From a virus: a DNA stretch of 64,000 nt. A model generated the notes under the pieces. It was not told where the DNA came from and did no database searches. It was given only the letters and a program-made list of their open reading frames with translations. Shown in pieces: positions 1 through 9,497 of this stretch. The position numbers and the translations under genes were made by a program. The stretch is from positions 1 to 64,000 of the IMG/VR virus record IMGVR_UViG_3300017917_000405. One strand, written 5' to 3'. Every line of letters starts with the position of its first letter. Position 1 is the stretch's first letter.

Positions 1-1182
1 TACTTGACCAGAGTGAGAGTTTCCAGTATTTGTAGTAAAGTTAACATCCCTCGTACCATCTGAATTTAATCGAATGATATTTTTTACAGTTGGGCTTGAT
101 GTAAATGTATAGTTATTTGCTAAAATAATTTTTCCACTATCTTGAACCTTAATAATTGTCGCATAAGTATCATTTGCTGCTGAAATTCCAGCATTCGATG
201 TAAAAGAAGAATCTAAAGTTCCATCTGAGTTTAATCTTACAATTTTATTAACAGATATTCCGTTAAAAGAAGTAAAGTTACCTGCTGCTAAAACCTTGTT
301 GTCTGACTGAACATCCATTGCTTGAGTCTGAATAGTTGCATTAAACCCAGTACCCATATTTGAAGAAAAAGTTGTATCTCTTGTTCCATCTGAATTTAAG
401 CGTACCATGCGATTTATTCCAGTTACTCCATTCCAGGATGTAAATGCTCCAGCAACAATAATTTTTCCATCTAGTTGAAGTTTTGAACATACTGAGCCAG
501 CACTTGAACTAGGACCATCTCCAATATTAGTTATAAAAGCAGAATCTTTTGTTCCGTCTGGGTTTAATCTTATTATTCCTCTAGCAGTTGTTCCATTAAA
601 AACATTTATATATCCACTAACAATAATCTTTCCATCTGGTTGTATATAAATATGGAATGCTCCATAAGAGGATGTTGTTCCAAATGCCGTTCCAATATTA
701 TTTAAAAAATTGCTATCTACTGTTCCATTTGAATTTAATCTAATAAGACCATTTGCAGTAGTTCCATTCCAACTTTTAAATAGTCCTCCGCAAATAATTT
801 TTCCATCTTCCTGACATGCAATTGTTCTTGGCTCAAGTACTGAATTTGGCCCAACTCCACCTAGATTAAAAGTTGTATCTCTTGTTCCGTTTGAATTAAG
901 TCGAACTAGATAATTAGCCGCAGATCCATTCCAATTTGTCATTCCACCAATTAAAATTTTTCCGTCTGCTTGATTTCCTAAAGAGTATGCATAATCACTA
1001 GCATTAGACCCTATATTAGTCATAAACGATTGATCTAGCACTCCTCCTCGTAAAAACCATTGTTTCCAAACTCCATCAACTTTTATCCAAACAGTTTGAG
1101 GAATTTTCCATGTCCCTCCCACTTTTATTCTAATATCTTCTGATGTTTTCCATAAATTGTTAATCTTTAATTTAATGCTCAT
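1..1182 (-). CDS. Delta-60-repeat beta-propeller protein (partial, runs off window start)
   Basis: Not in the ORF track. Manual translation gives MSIKLKINNLWKTSEDIRIKVGGTWKIPQTVWIKVDGVWKQWF then repeated Q.DGKII..G.F..NG..RLNSDGT.D..F units; TAATG overlap with the upstream gene stop. Confidence 0.85.
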   Translation of the reverse strand, partial: MSIKLKINNLWKTSEDIRIKVGGTWKIPQTVWIKVDGVWKQWFLRGGVLDQSFMTNIGSNASDYAYSLGNQADGKILIGGMTNWNGSAANYLVRLNSNGTRDTTFNLGGVGPNSVLEPRTIACQEDGKIICGGLFKSWNGTTANGLIRLNSNGTVDSNFLNNIGTAFGTTSSYGAFHIYIQPDGKIIVSGYINVFNGTTARGIIRLNPDGTKDSAFITNIGDGPSSSAGSVCSKLQLDGKIIVAGAFTSWNGVTGINRMVRLNSDGTRDTTFSSNMGTGFNATIQTQAMDVQSDNKVLAAGNFTSFNGISVNKIVRLNSDGTLDSSFTSNAGISAANDTYATIIKVQDSGKIILANNYTFTSSPTVKNIIRLNSDGTRDVNFTTNTGNSHSGQV

Positions 1183-1688
1183 TATGAATACACAATCCAA
1201 ACATCGCCATCATTGCCACCAGTCGGTGCTGATGTGCTCATAGTAATGTTTCTTACTCCATTTGATCCTGCGGAAGTCGGAGAAACCACAGATACATTTC
1301 CAGTAAATGTTGCTCCAGCGAGTGCGGCTTTGGCAGCAAGATCTGAGGTAAGTTCAGAAATCTTTGATTGAGAAATTGCAGCGCTTGCGTTAATATCTCC
1401 ATCTACGATTGTTCCATTGGCAATCATTGTGCTTGTTACAGTACCAGTATCTGCAGCAGTAATTGCTGTACCAGATATCTTTGTTTTATCAATTGCAGCA
1501 GAGGCATTAATGTCTGCGTTTACAATTGTTCCATCAAGAATTGCTGTGCTAGTAACAGTATTTACATCATCGACATGGACTACATCTCCAGTAAGGTCTG
1601 GTCCAATGATTGTCCATGCAGTACCGTTCCACCTGTATCCCTGAAATTCATCATTAATCTCTGGATCTGGTGGAAAGATGGTAGCCAT
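1182..1688 (-). CDS. Virion/tail-associated protein with internal tandem repeat
   Basis: Two copies of VTSTxIxxGTIVxxDINASAAI; C-terminal STSAPTGGNDGDVWIVY motif typical of tail fibre accessory proteins. Confidence 0.7.
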   Translation of the reverse strand: MATIFPPDPEINDEFQGYRWNGTAWTIIGPDLTGDVVHVDDVNTVTSTAILDGTIVNADINASAAIDKTKISGTAITAADTGTVTSTMIANGTIVDGDINASAAISQSKISELTSDLAAKAALAGATFTGNVSVVSPTSAGSNGVRNITMSTSAPTGGNDGDVWIVYS

Positions 1689-1709
1689 AAAATTATTATA
1701 CTATAAAAC

Positions 1710-1737
1710 AAGAGGGGCAGCCGAAGCCACCCCTCTT
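1710..1737 (-). terminator. Intrinsic terminator with UUCG tetraloop
   Basis: Minus strand AAGAGGGGTGGC-TTCG-GCTGCCCCTCTT followed by GTTTT, just after the stop of 1752..2744. Confidence 0.85.
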
Positions 1738-1751
1738 ATTATTGAGTTTTA

Positions 1752-2744
1752 TTAGCCTACTACAACAACCTTGTAAGCATTTGAACCAGGAGCAGTAGCA
1801 AAACCTAGTGTTACAGTATTTGCATCTGTTCTGGCTACGTCACACTCTACTGTGGCATATGTTGTGGTGTCATAGACATTTACAACAACGTCACGAGTAT
1901 TGAGGCTGTGTGTTACTGAAATGCTGGTAAGCGAACCGTTACCAATATTAGCAGCGTATTTCTTAGTAAATCCATCAGTAACCAACTTTGGCTCTAATGT
2001 AGTTAGATCTACGGCGAGGCCACTTGTCTTTGTTAGGTATGGATTAGAAGATGCAAGGGTAGTATCAAGTGCGAGCGTTCCAGCAGAATCTGTCCATGTA
2101 ACAGACAAAGAGTTGCTTCCAGAAACCATCGCGCCAACAATATCTTGTACATCTTCTGTAAAGTTAGTAATATCTCCAGTTGGAATATCATCTCCTGCTA
2201 ACACAAGAGCAGCAAAAGTTGAACCATCTCTTGTTGCTTCCCATGTGTCAGACGTTTCATTCCATCTCAAAGATGTGTTACTAAGAGTTCCACGCTCTAC
2301 TTCAATTCCAGCATTTTCCGTTGGACTTGAACCAGTATAGTTTGAGTTAAGAGTAATAATATTATCTGATAGATTAATTGTTTCTGTGTTTACCGTGGTA
2401 ACAAGACCATTTACAGTAAGATCACCAGTAACAGTTAGATCTCCACCTACTCCAAGATCATTAGTAATTGTTACGTCATCGGGTAACCCAATTGTCGCCA
2501 CCCCGTCAGCAACAAGTACAGTAGTTTCCCCTGGAGTATTTTGAATAGAAGTAATATTACCTACGTCAATCCATTGACCTCCAGCATAAATACGAAGTTT
2601 GTCCGTATCCGTTCTGAAGGCTATTCTTCCTTCAACGCCTGCTGGGTCGGAGGTGACGTTTTGAATTACAGCATTTCTTAACTCATTAGCATTTAGATCT
2701 AAATAAGATTTTAGATCAATCGCGGTAAGAAACTGTCTAGCCAT
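1752..2744 (-). CDS. Virion structural protein (tail fibre-like)
   Basis: Thr/Gly/Val-rich; GDLTVTGDLTVNG beta-repeat; paralogous to 2760..3629; AAGGAG RBS. Confidence 0.75.
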   Translation of the reverse strand: MARQFLTAIDLKSYLDLNANELRNAVIQNVTSDPAGVEGRIAFRTDTDKLRIYAGGQWIDVGNITSIQNTPGETTVLVADGVATIGLPDDVTITNDLGVGGDLTVTGDLTVNGLVTTVNTETINLSDNIITLNSNYTGSSPTENAGIEVERGTLSNTSLRWNETSDTWEATRDGSTFAALVLAGDDIPTGDITNFTEDVQDIVGAMVSGSNSLSVTWTDSAGTLALDTTLASSNPYLTKTSGLAVDLTTLEPKLVTDGFTKKYAANIGNGSLTSISVTHSLNTRDVVVNVYDTTTYATVECDVARTDANTVTLGFATAPGSNAYKVVVVG

Positions 2745-2759
2745 TTATCTCATCTCCTT

Positions 2760-3629
2760 TCATGATAGATATGCTTTCCCCGCAAGCGCACTAGTAAATG
2801 TAATTACTACTGTATCTGCGTCTGGATAGTCGCATTGACCTTCCACCACAGTTCCAGCAGAATCTACTACTGTTACGTTTGGGATAAAGTTTAGTGTGTG
2901 ATTGATAGTCCAAGTTGCAGATGCAGAAATTTGCTCATGCATATAACTTACTGCATCTGGATCAAGCAGGGTGCTAATAGTTACGTTGCCCATGTCGTTC
3001 ATGGTTCCCTCGCCAATAACACTACCACTTAAAGTAATTGTTGGGTCTGGCTTATTGAGAATTTTTGACCAATCAATGTTTGCGTCAATCTCGCCTACTG
3101 TTCCAGAAAAAACCTCAGAGGTGTTTGTTGTGTCTGGAATAAAAGTAAATTTACCAGTTGAGTCATCAAACCCAAAAAATCCTAGTTTTGCAGATGTTCC
3201 ATTATGCCAATGAAATTCAATTCCACGATCCTTATTGTCATCTGCTACTGGAACGGTGTCTCCACCAAGAGTTATTACTGGATCATCAACCTGTATTACT
3301 GTGCTGTTAACTATTGTTGTGTTTCCATGAACAGTTAAGTCTCCACCAACCGTTAAATCATCTGTAATGGTTACATCATCTGGCAAGCCAATTGTAAAAA
3401 CGTTTCCAACATTACTTACAGTAACCTCATTAGTTGTTCCATAAATTGAACCTACTTGGCTAGAACTACCAGCGACTACTTCAACGTCGAATACAGTTGG
3501 ATCTGCAACAGTTACATCTACTGTTTCAACGGAGTTGACGTTATTAATATCAAGTTGTGTAGCATCAGTTGTTACGGCTACCTCGTATGTGGTGGCGTCC
3601 TGATTAATAATTTCTACTTGTACGCTCAT
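2760..3629 (-). CDS. Virion structural protein (tail fibre-like)
   Basis: Shares TIGLPDDVTITxDLxVGGDLTV and a C-terminal H.L beta domain with 1752..2744. Confidence 0.75.
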   Translation of the reverse strand: MSVQVEIINQDATTYEVAVTTDATQLDINNVNSVETVDVTVADPTVFDVEVVAGSSSQVGSIYGTTNEVTVSNVGNVFTIGLPDDVTITDDLTVGGDLTVHGNTTIVNSTVIQVDDPVITLGGDTVPVADDNKDRGIEFHWHNGTSAKLGFFGFDDSTGKFTFIPDTTNTSEVFSGTVGEIDANIDWSKILNKPDPTITLSGSVIGEGTMNDMGNVTISTLLDPDAVSYMHEQISASATWTINHTLNFIPNVTVVDSAGTVVEGQCDYPDADTVVITFTSALAGKAYLS

Positions 3630-4294
3630 GCTAGTTGGCCTCTGTCGGAAGGAAGTTGACCAGTTGAGTTTGTAATATCGTCGGTAACAATAATTGTTCC
3701 CTTAAGAATTGTCATGACAGTCCAATGATCATCTGTAGCATCTAGTACGCTATCTCCAAGGAGTGACAAGTTTTGCTTTTTAGAAATCTCAACATCATAT
3801 AGGCATGAGTCTGGAAGAAGTGCGCTAACACCGTCTGTCAGAAATAGGTCGATATATCCATCATCTAGCCTGGTCGTTCCTACGACAAAGGATGCGTTCA
3901 GCGTGACTGTTCCAGTTGCTGCCGCAGAAGTAACATCTGCTGTTTCTATTGGAAGTATGTAAGAAACTGTTGTGCTTGTAATTGCAGAAACTTCCCATGT
4001 TCCATTAAATGGAGCGCCAACGCCAGCAACAGTAATACTATTTCCAACCTCAAATTTATGAGATCCTACTGTAAGTGTTGCTATCTCGCTTGTTGCTTGT
4101 TTAAGTGAAGGAACTTCTGAGTAATTAAGTGCAAGTGGTGAGACTGCAGATGTATAAATTTCAGCCTGTACTGTATATCCACTAAGATCAATTGCAACTC
4201 CATCAGAGTCCTTAACTAGTGCGCTAAAGAATAGTGTATCTCCGCGATATACGTTTAAGTCAAGTGTTCCTGGTTGCGAAGTAATAGAGGCCAT
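3626..4294 (-). CDS. Baseplate/BppU-N-like virion protein
   Basis: LDLNVYRGDT...IDLSGYTVQAEI...LYDVEI pattern with an inserted beta domain. Confidence 0.6.
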   Translation of the reverse strand: MASITSQPGTLDLNVYRGDTLFFSALVKDSDGVAIDLSGYTVQAEIYTSAVSPLALNYSEVPSLKQATSEIATLTVGSHKFEVGNSITVAGVGAPFNGTWEVSAITSTTVSYILPIETADVTSAAATGTVTLNASFVVGTTRLDDGYIDLFLTDGVSALLPDSCLYDVEISKKQNLSLLGDSVLDATDDHWTVMTILKGTIIVTDDITNSTGQLPSDRGQLA

Positions 4295-4334
4295 ACTTGT
4301 ATTTTATCACAACAAACTATAGTTTATTAGACAA

Positions 4335-4598
4335 TCATTCATCTGGGAAATCGTCGCATGAGCATTCTTGAAGATTCCCGCACTCACAATTTTCTGTCAT
4401 TGATTTAATAATCTGTAAAATTTCGTCTGCCTTTTTTGTCTGACCTTCAGATGCATAAATTGCTGCTTGTTGTGCGCGTGCAGAAGCGCGTGTCTTATGG
4501 CAGCCATGAACCTTGCCTTCACCACCTACGACTGGATAACCAGAACAACCATGTGTTCCCTTACCACCAATTGTGTAGCGTCCTTTTCCTGCTGGCAT
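4335..4598 (-). CDS. Small hypothetical protein, possible head protein
   Basis: AGGAGG RBS; GCSGYPVV...GCHKT..A.AQQAAIY motif; Cys/acidic tail. Confidence 0.75.
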   Translation of the reverse strand: MPAGKGRYTIGGKGTHGCSGYPVVGGEGKVHGCHKTRASARAQQAAIYASEGQTKKADEILQIIKSMTENCECGNLQECSCDDFPDE

Positions 4599-4625
4599 AA
4601 TTCATAACCTCCTGAATATATTATA

Positions 4626-4752
4626 GAGCAGTTTTAGTTCTTACTCAGGAACCTTCAGCGCGTTGTCCGTAACCATAATCATCCTAAGGCTTCCATCCTA
4701 CACTCATAACGCTAGAACTTCTGTCTCGTAACATGGACTCTGCACGAAGCCT
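4626..4752 (-). ncRNA. Candidate structured intergenic RNA with 3' H-type pseudoknot
   Basis: AGGCTTC...GAAGCCT closing helix, then GTTC-CTGAGTAA-GAAC-TAAAAC-TGCTC, in which loop GAGTA can pair with TGCTC. Confidence 0.4.
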
Positions 4753-5104
4753 ATTGAAATGAAAAGGGCGATCCTTCCCAGGTTTTATTTACTCTTTCTA
4801 CAATATTGCGTGACCAAGTATAACCTGAGTCTCCACCCCATGCTTCCCACATAATTCTTCCATTAGAAGGGAAGTTTGGTCCATCATAAAAGCCCTCGCC
4901 CTTCTTGTCTACTTCATGTCTTGAAAAATATGAGTACATTCTTTTTACTGTATCAAGTGAGAGTGGTTCTCTATTTGCAAGTTGTCTTGCTCTAGTCCAA
5001 CCTACAGATGTTCCAGCACCTGTTGCTTTTCCATCTTCCTTCCACTTTATTGCACGACGGCCTGCTGCCGCCATTGACTCTGTTGGCTTATATGTATCAG
5101 CCAT
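4751..5104 (-). CDS. Conserved phage hypothetical protein, possible internal head protein
   Basis: GT.VGW.RARQLAN...LS..TVKRMYSYFSRH...WGGD.G..W domain; ends VNKTWEGSPF. Confidence 0.75.
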   Translation of the reverse strand: MADTYKPTESMAAAGRRAIKWKEDGKATGAGTSVGWTRARQLANREPLSLDTVKRMYSYFSRHEVDKKGEGFYDGPNFPSNGRIMWEAWGGDSGYTWSRNIVERVNKTWEGSPFSFQ

Positions 5105-5372
5105 GTTTCATCGTCCTTGGGTCAAATGTTCCATCAAACTTTTTGACAGTTTTAAGAGTGCTCATTTTATGACCAACAAGTGTTTCAGTTGGCTTACCGT
5201 CACGGTAGATTCTAATAAGAACTGCTGGGTCTTCTTTAGTAGCACGAATACTAAACTCTGAGTTTGGAATTCCAAGTGTTCCTTCTCGCATAATATGCTC
5301 AACTCTTCCAGTAGCACGACCACCACTAGAGTTCCAAGAAACCATACTTCCAACCTTAATATTTTTATCCAT
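5097..5372 (-). CDS. Tudor/SH3-like (DUF2945/Hva1-like) protein
   Basis: KVGSMVSWNSSGGRATGRVEHI...DPAVLI...VGHK.STL pattern. Confidence 0.65.
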   Translation of the reverse strand: MDKNIKVGSMVSWNSSGGRATGRVEHIMREGTLGIPNSEFSIRATKEDPAVLIRIYRDGKPTETLVGHKMSTLKTVKKFDGTFDPRTMKHG

Positions 5373-5379
5373 ATGCCTA

Positions 5380-5751
5380 TTATGCCATCATTCTAATAAT
5401 TTCTTCAATCATCAAAAGTTGATCTTCATCAAGATCGTATTCTTTATAGTTCATTGTATTTTCATTAAGGAATATACCAAACTCTCCGTCGTCCTTGATA
5501 ACTACATCAATGAGTTCTTTTTCCCAAAGTTCTTGTACGATACTATTGGTTGTAGACATATATTCATCATATACTTCTGGATACAGTTCCATCATGAGTG
5601 GTGTCATTTTATAGATAAACTCTCCTTGTTCATCTATACCAATCATTTCCATTACGCCCTCAGAAACAAATCTATCAATGAGTTGTCTTGTAAACTCTTC
5701 ATAGTCTTCCTCTGTAAACTCTTCAAAGTTGTATAGTTCGTCGTCGCTCAT
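5380..5751 (-). CDS. Highly acidic hypothetical protein
   Basis: D/E-rich 123 aa; translationally coupled to terminase. Confidence 0.75.
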   Translation of the reverse strand: MSDDELYNFEEFTEEDYEEFTRQLIDRFVSEGVMEMIGIDEQGEFIYKMTPLMMELYPEVYDEYMSTTNSIVQELWEKELIDVVIKDDGEFGIFLNENTMNYKEYDLDEDQLLMIEEIIRMMA

Positions 5752-7541
5752 ATTACTCCCATTCTACCAAGGTAGTCAACTAAATCTTCTGGCATTTCTT
5801 CTTTTCTTTTTGGTGGATCAATTATGTCGTTGCTTAACTTTTGTCTTTCTTTTACTTTAAAATCTTTATATGTATGAACAGCAAGTTCCTTGAGTCCAAC
5901 ATCTCTCTTTGAGAGGGATATAGCATTATAGACAGCACCGCAGACAGCATCAGATAAGTCCTTACTTCCCTTTCTTGGGTGGTCAACCTTGTCTTTTATA
6001 ATACGCAATTCTAGCAGTTCGTTGATAAGCAACGGAAGGTGGGGTCCATGTACTCTTTCTTCTGCAATTAATAGGGCTAGATCTTCATAGTGCTTCTTTG
6101 CTACAGAAAGTGTTTCAGAATTCATTCCGTTCATCTTTAGTTCATTCATCATATCAAATGAGTTCCATCGGTCGAAAGTAACCATTCCAACTCTAAACCC
6201 GCGCCTTCTTACGTCTAGAATAAACTCTTTAACTTCTGTAAAGTCAACTGTCTTGTCAGAAGTTGGTGTCCAATATCTAACCATGTCAACCTTTACGATT
6301 GGCACAGCAACATCATACTCCGACATGCTCTCTACCGCAACCCATTTATCAACATGCGCCATGGCAACTACGCATCGGTCATGCTTCTGTGCAAGGTCAA
6401 CGTGTATGAAGTATGTTGTTTCATCTTCTGGCTGAAACCACTCCTGAAATCTACCATCTTCTGTAATAGCAACTAGTGGCTGATTAAAGCAAGCCTCAAT
6501 CTTTTCACGAGACCTAAAGAATGCGTCAACCGCGTCTGGTGGCATACATGCAAAACGAGATAGAGCATCTGTTGGATTAGTTAGAAATGCTACTTTAAAA
6601 TCCTCAATCTTTCTTGTTGGATTTACTTCCCATGTAGGACGACGTAATGCAAACACCTTTGGGAACTTATAAGAAATAATATGATCTTCTTCCCATTCAA
6701 CTGTGAAGTAGTTTTCCCTGTTATCTGGATCTCCCTCTTCATCAATTATTATTTCTTTGCCGCGAATAATCGTATCTTTTTCGGCAATTGCAGCATCATA
6801 TCGCTGTTGAATATAGTCCTGCTTATAACGTGGGAATGAAAGAAGGGCTACCTTGCCATAGTCTGGAAAACGTGAATCTACAGAGGCTCTATACATGTCA
6901 TAGATCGCACTCGCTGTCTTTGACTGATTACTTCCACTAGTTGAATCAATGCTGAAACCAGAAATCTCGTCAAGGATGACGCAGATAACGTTGTACCCTT
7001 CCCATGATTCTCTTTCAGAGTGACCTGAGTGGCAAGTAATATTCTTATCAAATGAGATAGATTGTGCCGTGATGCGATATTTTCCAATAAACCACGGAGA
7101 GTGTTCAATTCTTTTTGTTAGGCCAGCAAAGAATACGTTCTTTGCCTGGTCTGCGTTAATAGCAATATTAAGAATGTCAATAGCATCACCTGGCGGTTTA
7201 CCATAATATTTTGCTGGGTCTTTTAAGCAAAGCAATAGATAAACAATATATGCTACTGAGATAGTAGATAAATAGTCTTTTCCAGATCCTTTTCCAAGTT
7301 GAAGAATAACTTCTGTACAGGTTTGACGATATCTTCTTAACCCCTCTTCTTCACCGTATAGATCAATGAGGGTCTCTTTCTTGTATATCTGTGTCATTGC
7401 CCTGATTGCCTGATACTGATAATCAGATAGTAGCGGCAAGCCAAGGTAGTCCTCGCTGGTTACAAACTCTTCAATTTGTACTGGGGTTTCCTCAAAGTCT
7501 GCCCCGCCAAGGATATTAAGAAAGTCACCAAAATCTGTCAT
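5748..7541 (-). CDS. terL: Terminase large subunit
   Basis: Walker A GKGSGKD, Walker B VILDEISG, nuclease motifs HVDLAQKHD, TFDRWNS and KDLSDA. Confidence 0.92.
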   Translation of the reverse strand: MTDFGDFLNILGGADFEETPVQIEEFVTSEDYLGLPLLSDYQYQAIRAMTQIYKKETLIDLYGEEEGLRRYRQTCTEVILQLGKGSGKDYLSTISVAYIVYLLLCLKDPAKYYGKPPGDAIDILNIAINADQAKNVFFAGLTKRIEHSPWFIGKYRITAQSISFDKNITCHSGHSERESWEGYNVICVILDEISGFSIDSTSGSNQSKTASAIYDMYRASVDSRFPDYGKVALLSFPRYKQDYIQQRYDAAIAEKDTIIRGKEIIIDEEGDPDNRENYFTVEWEEDHIISYKFPKVFALRRPTWEVNPTRKIEDFKVAFLTNPTDALSRFACMPPDAVDAFFRSREKIEACFNQPLVAITEDGRFQEWFQPEDETTYFIHVDLAQKHDRCVVAMAHVDKWVAVESMSEYDVAVPIVKVDMVRYWTPTSDKTVDFTEVKEFILDVRRRGFRVGMVTFDRWNSFDMMNELKMNGMNSETLSVAKKHYEDLALLIAEERVHGPHLPLLINELLELRIIKDKVDHPRKGSKDLSDAVCGAVYNAISLSKRDVGLKELAVHTYKDFKVKERQKLSNDIIDPPKRKEEMPEDLVDYLGRMGVI

Positions 7542-8059
7542 GCGATATTCTCTGCCTGACCACTAACTCTGCTAAGTTTTGACATTACGAGTGGCTTACA
7601 GCGATCACAATCGGAAACAATATCTCTAAGGATATTAACGAGAACCTGTTGCTTCTCTTCCGTTTCAATAATGCGTTCTGCCATTTCATTGTTCTCAAGC
7701 ACGCCAGCCTTTGAAAGCATTTCAATCTGCTTCTGCTGAACGTCTGAAATAAGTTTAAGAGCAGCAGTCTTTGCTCCGATATTTCCAGCCTGATCTGCTT
7801 GCTCTACAGTCTCCCATGCACGAGCAATAAGCATTGCATAATGTTGGTCTGCTGCTCCAATTGCTTCTTTTGCACGATTCTGAATCTGTGAATCGGACTG
7901 GATAACGCTACGCCATTCTTTAAGATATTCATTTACTTGGTTACGACTAAAGCCAGTCTCTTGTGCGATGAGGGCAGTATTTGTCATACCTTTAAGGAAG
8001 CATTCGACTACCTTATTAATTCTATCCCAGCGTTCTGCTAGTTCAAGTTCCGCTGCCAA
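7538..8059 (-). CDS. HTH protein, probable terminase small subunit
   Basis: N-terminal HTH (IAQETGFSRNQVNEYL), helical body, overlaps the terL start. Confidence 0.6.
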   Translation of the reverse strand: MAAELELAERWDRINKVVECFLKGMTNTALIAQETGFSRNQVNEYLKEWRSVIQSDSQIQNRAKEAIGAADQHYAMLIARAWETVEQADQAGNIGAKTAALKLISDVQQKQIEMLSKAGVLENNEMAERIIETEEKQQVLVNILRDIVSDCDRCKPLVMSKLSRVSGQAENIA

Positions 8060-8339
8060 CCTTCTTCTTCCTCGCTCTCTTTGGCTTTACCACTCTCTTT
8101 AACTTCTCTGTATAGAATGCGCGGTACTCACCAGTCTTTACGTCCATACAGTCTATCCATTGTACACTACGCTCAGAATTCTTCACATATTTAAGAAACT
8201 TAAATTCTCCGCGAGTATTTGCAAACTTTAGTTTAGTTCCTGGAACAATAAGATCCTTGCCAAATTGATACTCGTAGTAAACAGAAATGTTTTCATTATG
8301 ACCGTAGGGAAGTCGGTCATACTTACGTTTCTTTGCCAC
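8043..8339 (-). CDS. Basic hypothetical protein (SH3-like)
   Basis: Coupled ORF in the operon; beta-rich core with basic ends. Confidence 0.7.
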   Translation of the reverse strand: MAKKRKYDRLPYGHNENISVYYEYQFGKDLIVPGTKLKFANTRGEFKFLKYVKNSERSVQWIDCMDVKTGEYRAFYTEKLKRVVKPKRARKKKVGSGT

Positions 8340-8877
8340 TTCTTGTCCTAACTAGTTGGTTTATCCAAGAGATAAAATCTTTATAGGTCATTGAATTTTT
8401 TGCTCTATTACATATAATGCAGCATGGAACAACGTTACTCATATAGTATCCCACGTTGTTGTCCAGTCTGTCAAGTCCTGAATAAAAGAAATGTCTTGTT
8501 GTAAAAGAATTTTTTCCACGATATATCATGGCGTTGCTTGGTGGAGAGCCGCAATAATGACATTCTTGCTGACATAGTTTTTTAAACTGTTCATATGGAA
8601 TATCAAAGTCTCTGCCGCCACGCTTTGCATCTCTTTTAATTCTTTTAATGGCAGACTTATATCCCCACTCTTCATCAAAGTTGCTTGCATCTCTTCTTGC
8701 ATAGCAAGTTCGACACATATAGTTTCCAGAGTTCTTAACGTGATTAGTTAATTTAATGCTGAACTTTTCTCCACAATCACAAAGTAGATTGGCATATTCA
8801 TCTTCTGTTCCCAGAAAAGTTGACTGATATATTTTATTGCCAATCGAATGACTAGCAAAGAATGTTCTTGCTATCAA
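8323..8877 (-). CDS. HNH-family endonuclease
   Basis: CHYCG...GLDRLDNNVGY...NVVPCCIICNRAK motif. Confidence 0.8.
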   Translation of the reverse strand: MIARTFFASHSIGNKIYQSTFLGTEDEYANLLCDCGEKFSIKLTNHVKNSGNYMCRTCYARRDASNFDEEWGYKSAIKRIKRDAKRGGRDFDIPYEQFKKLCQQECHYCGSPPSNAMIYRGKNSFTTRHFFYSGLDRLDNNVGYYMSNVVPCCIICNRAKNSMTYKDFISWINQLVRTRSGKET

Positions 8878-9047
8878 ACGCTGTATCCGCCATTTCTAGT
8901 TGGACTCCAGACCATTCCTGGCCTATCAATTCCACGAATTAACTTATACCCACAGGTATCACAAAATGCATCGTCACGGTGTTCCATCTTTACCATTTGC
9001 TCTACTGTTTTATCACAGTTAATGCAGGTATATGTATATGTTGGCAT
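8874..9047 (-). CDS. FmdB-like zinc ribbon protein (57 aa)
   Basis: Manual translation MPTYTYTCINC...CDTCGYKLIR; below the ORF-track size cut-off. Confidence 0.8.
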   Translation of the reverse strand: MPTYTYTCINCDKTVEQMVKMEHRDDAFCDTCGYKLIRGIDRPGMVWSPTRNGGYSV

Positions 9048-9048
9048 A

Positions 9049-9345
9049 TTATCTCCAATTGTCTCTTTTTGCTACCTTATATAATACCAAATAGCCAATC
9101 AAATCATCAATATCGTTATCGCCAAGATATTCATTTCCTCTAGCAAATCTAGATAGTTTATCGTCAATTCTAACAAGCAACTGCTCTTCATTATTTGCTT
9201 TAGAAAAGATTCTAACTGGTGCAAGTGCAGAGTTGCCGTAACTTCTATTCTTAGAAATTAAAAGTTCTGCTGTCTCATTACATACAGCAACAATTTCTTC
9301 CTCTGTTCTATTCCTTAAGCCGTTTAAAAACCCTACTTCTTCCAT
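9049..9345 (-). CDS. DUF1599/nucleotide-modification-associated helical domain protein
   Basis: KNRSYGNS...RIDDKLSR...DDLIGY motif. Confidence 0.7.
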   Translation of the reverse strand: MEEVGFLNGLRNRTEEEIVAVCNETAELLISKNRSYGNSALAPVRIFSKANNEEQLLVRIDDKLSRFARGNEYLGDNDIDDLIGYLVLYKVAKRDNWR

Positions 9346-9497
9346 GATCTACTATCCTTAATTAGTCCGAACTTTTCTAGATATCTAAAAATTGTCTGAT
9401 GAGAACAACCACACTCTTTAGCAATTTCATTTACATTCTTTTTATCAACAAGGTATCTTTTGGTCAGCCAAACCTTTGATTCGTATAGTTTAGCCAC
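9333..9497 (-). CDS. Small HTH DNA-binding protein
   Basis: GTG start; KLYESKVWL..RY...EIAKECGCSHQTIFRYL. Confidence 0.7.
   Translation of the reverse strand: MAKLYESKVWLTKRYLVDKKNVNEIAKECGCSHQTIFRYLEKFGLIKDSRSWKK

Noticed and set aside
4640-4700. Box C/D or hammerhead RNA
   Set aside because: ATGATTA and CTGA are present, but flanking stems do not fit a kink-turn, and the CTGAnGA/GAAA hammerhead core is incomplete.
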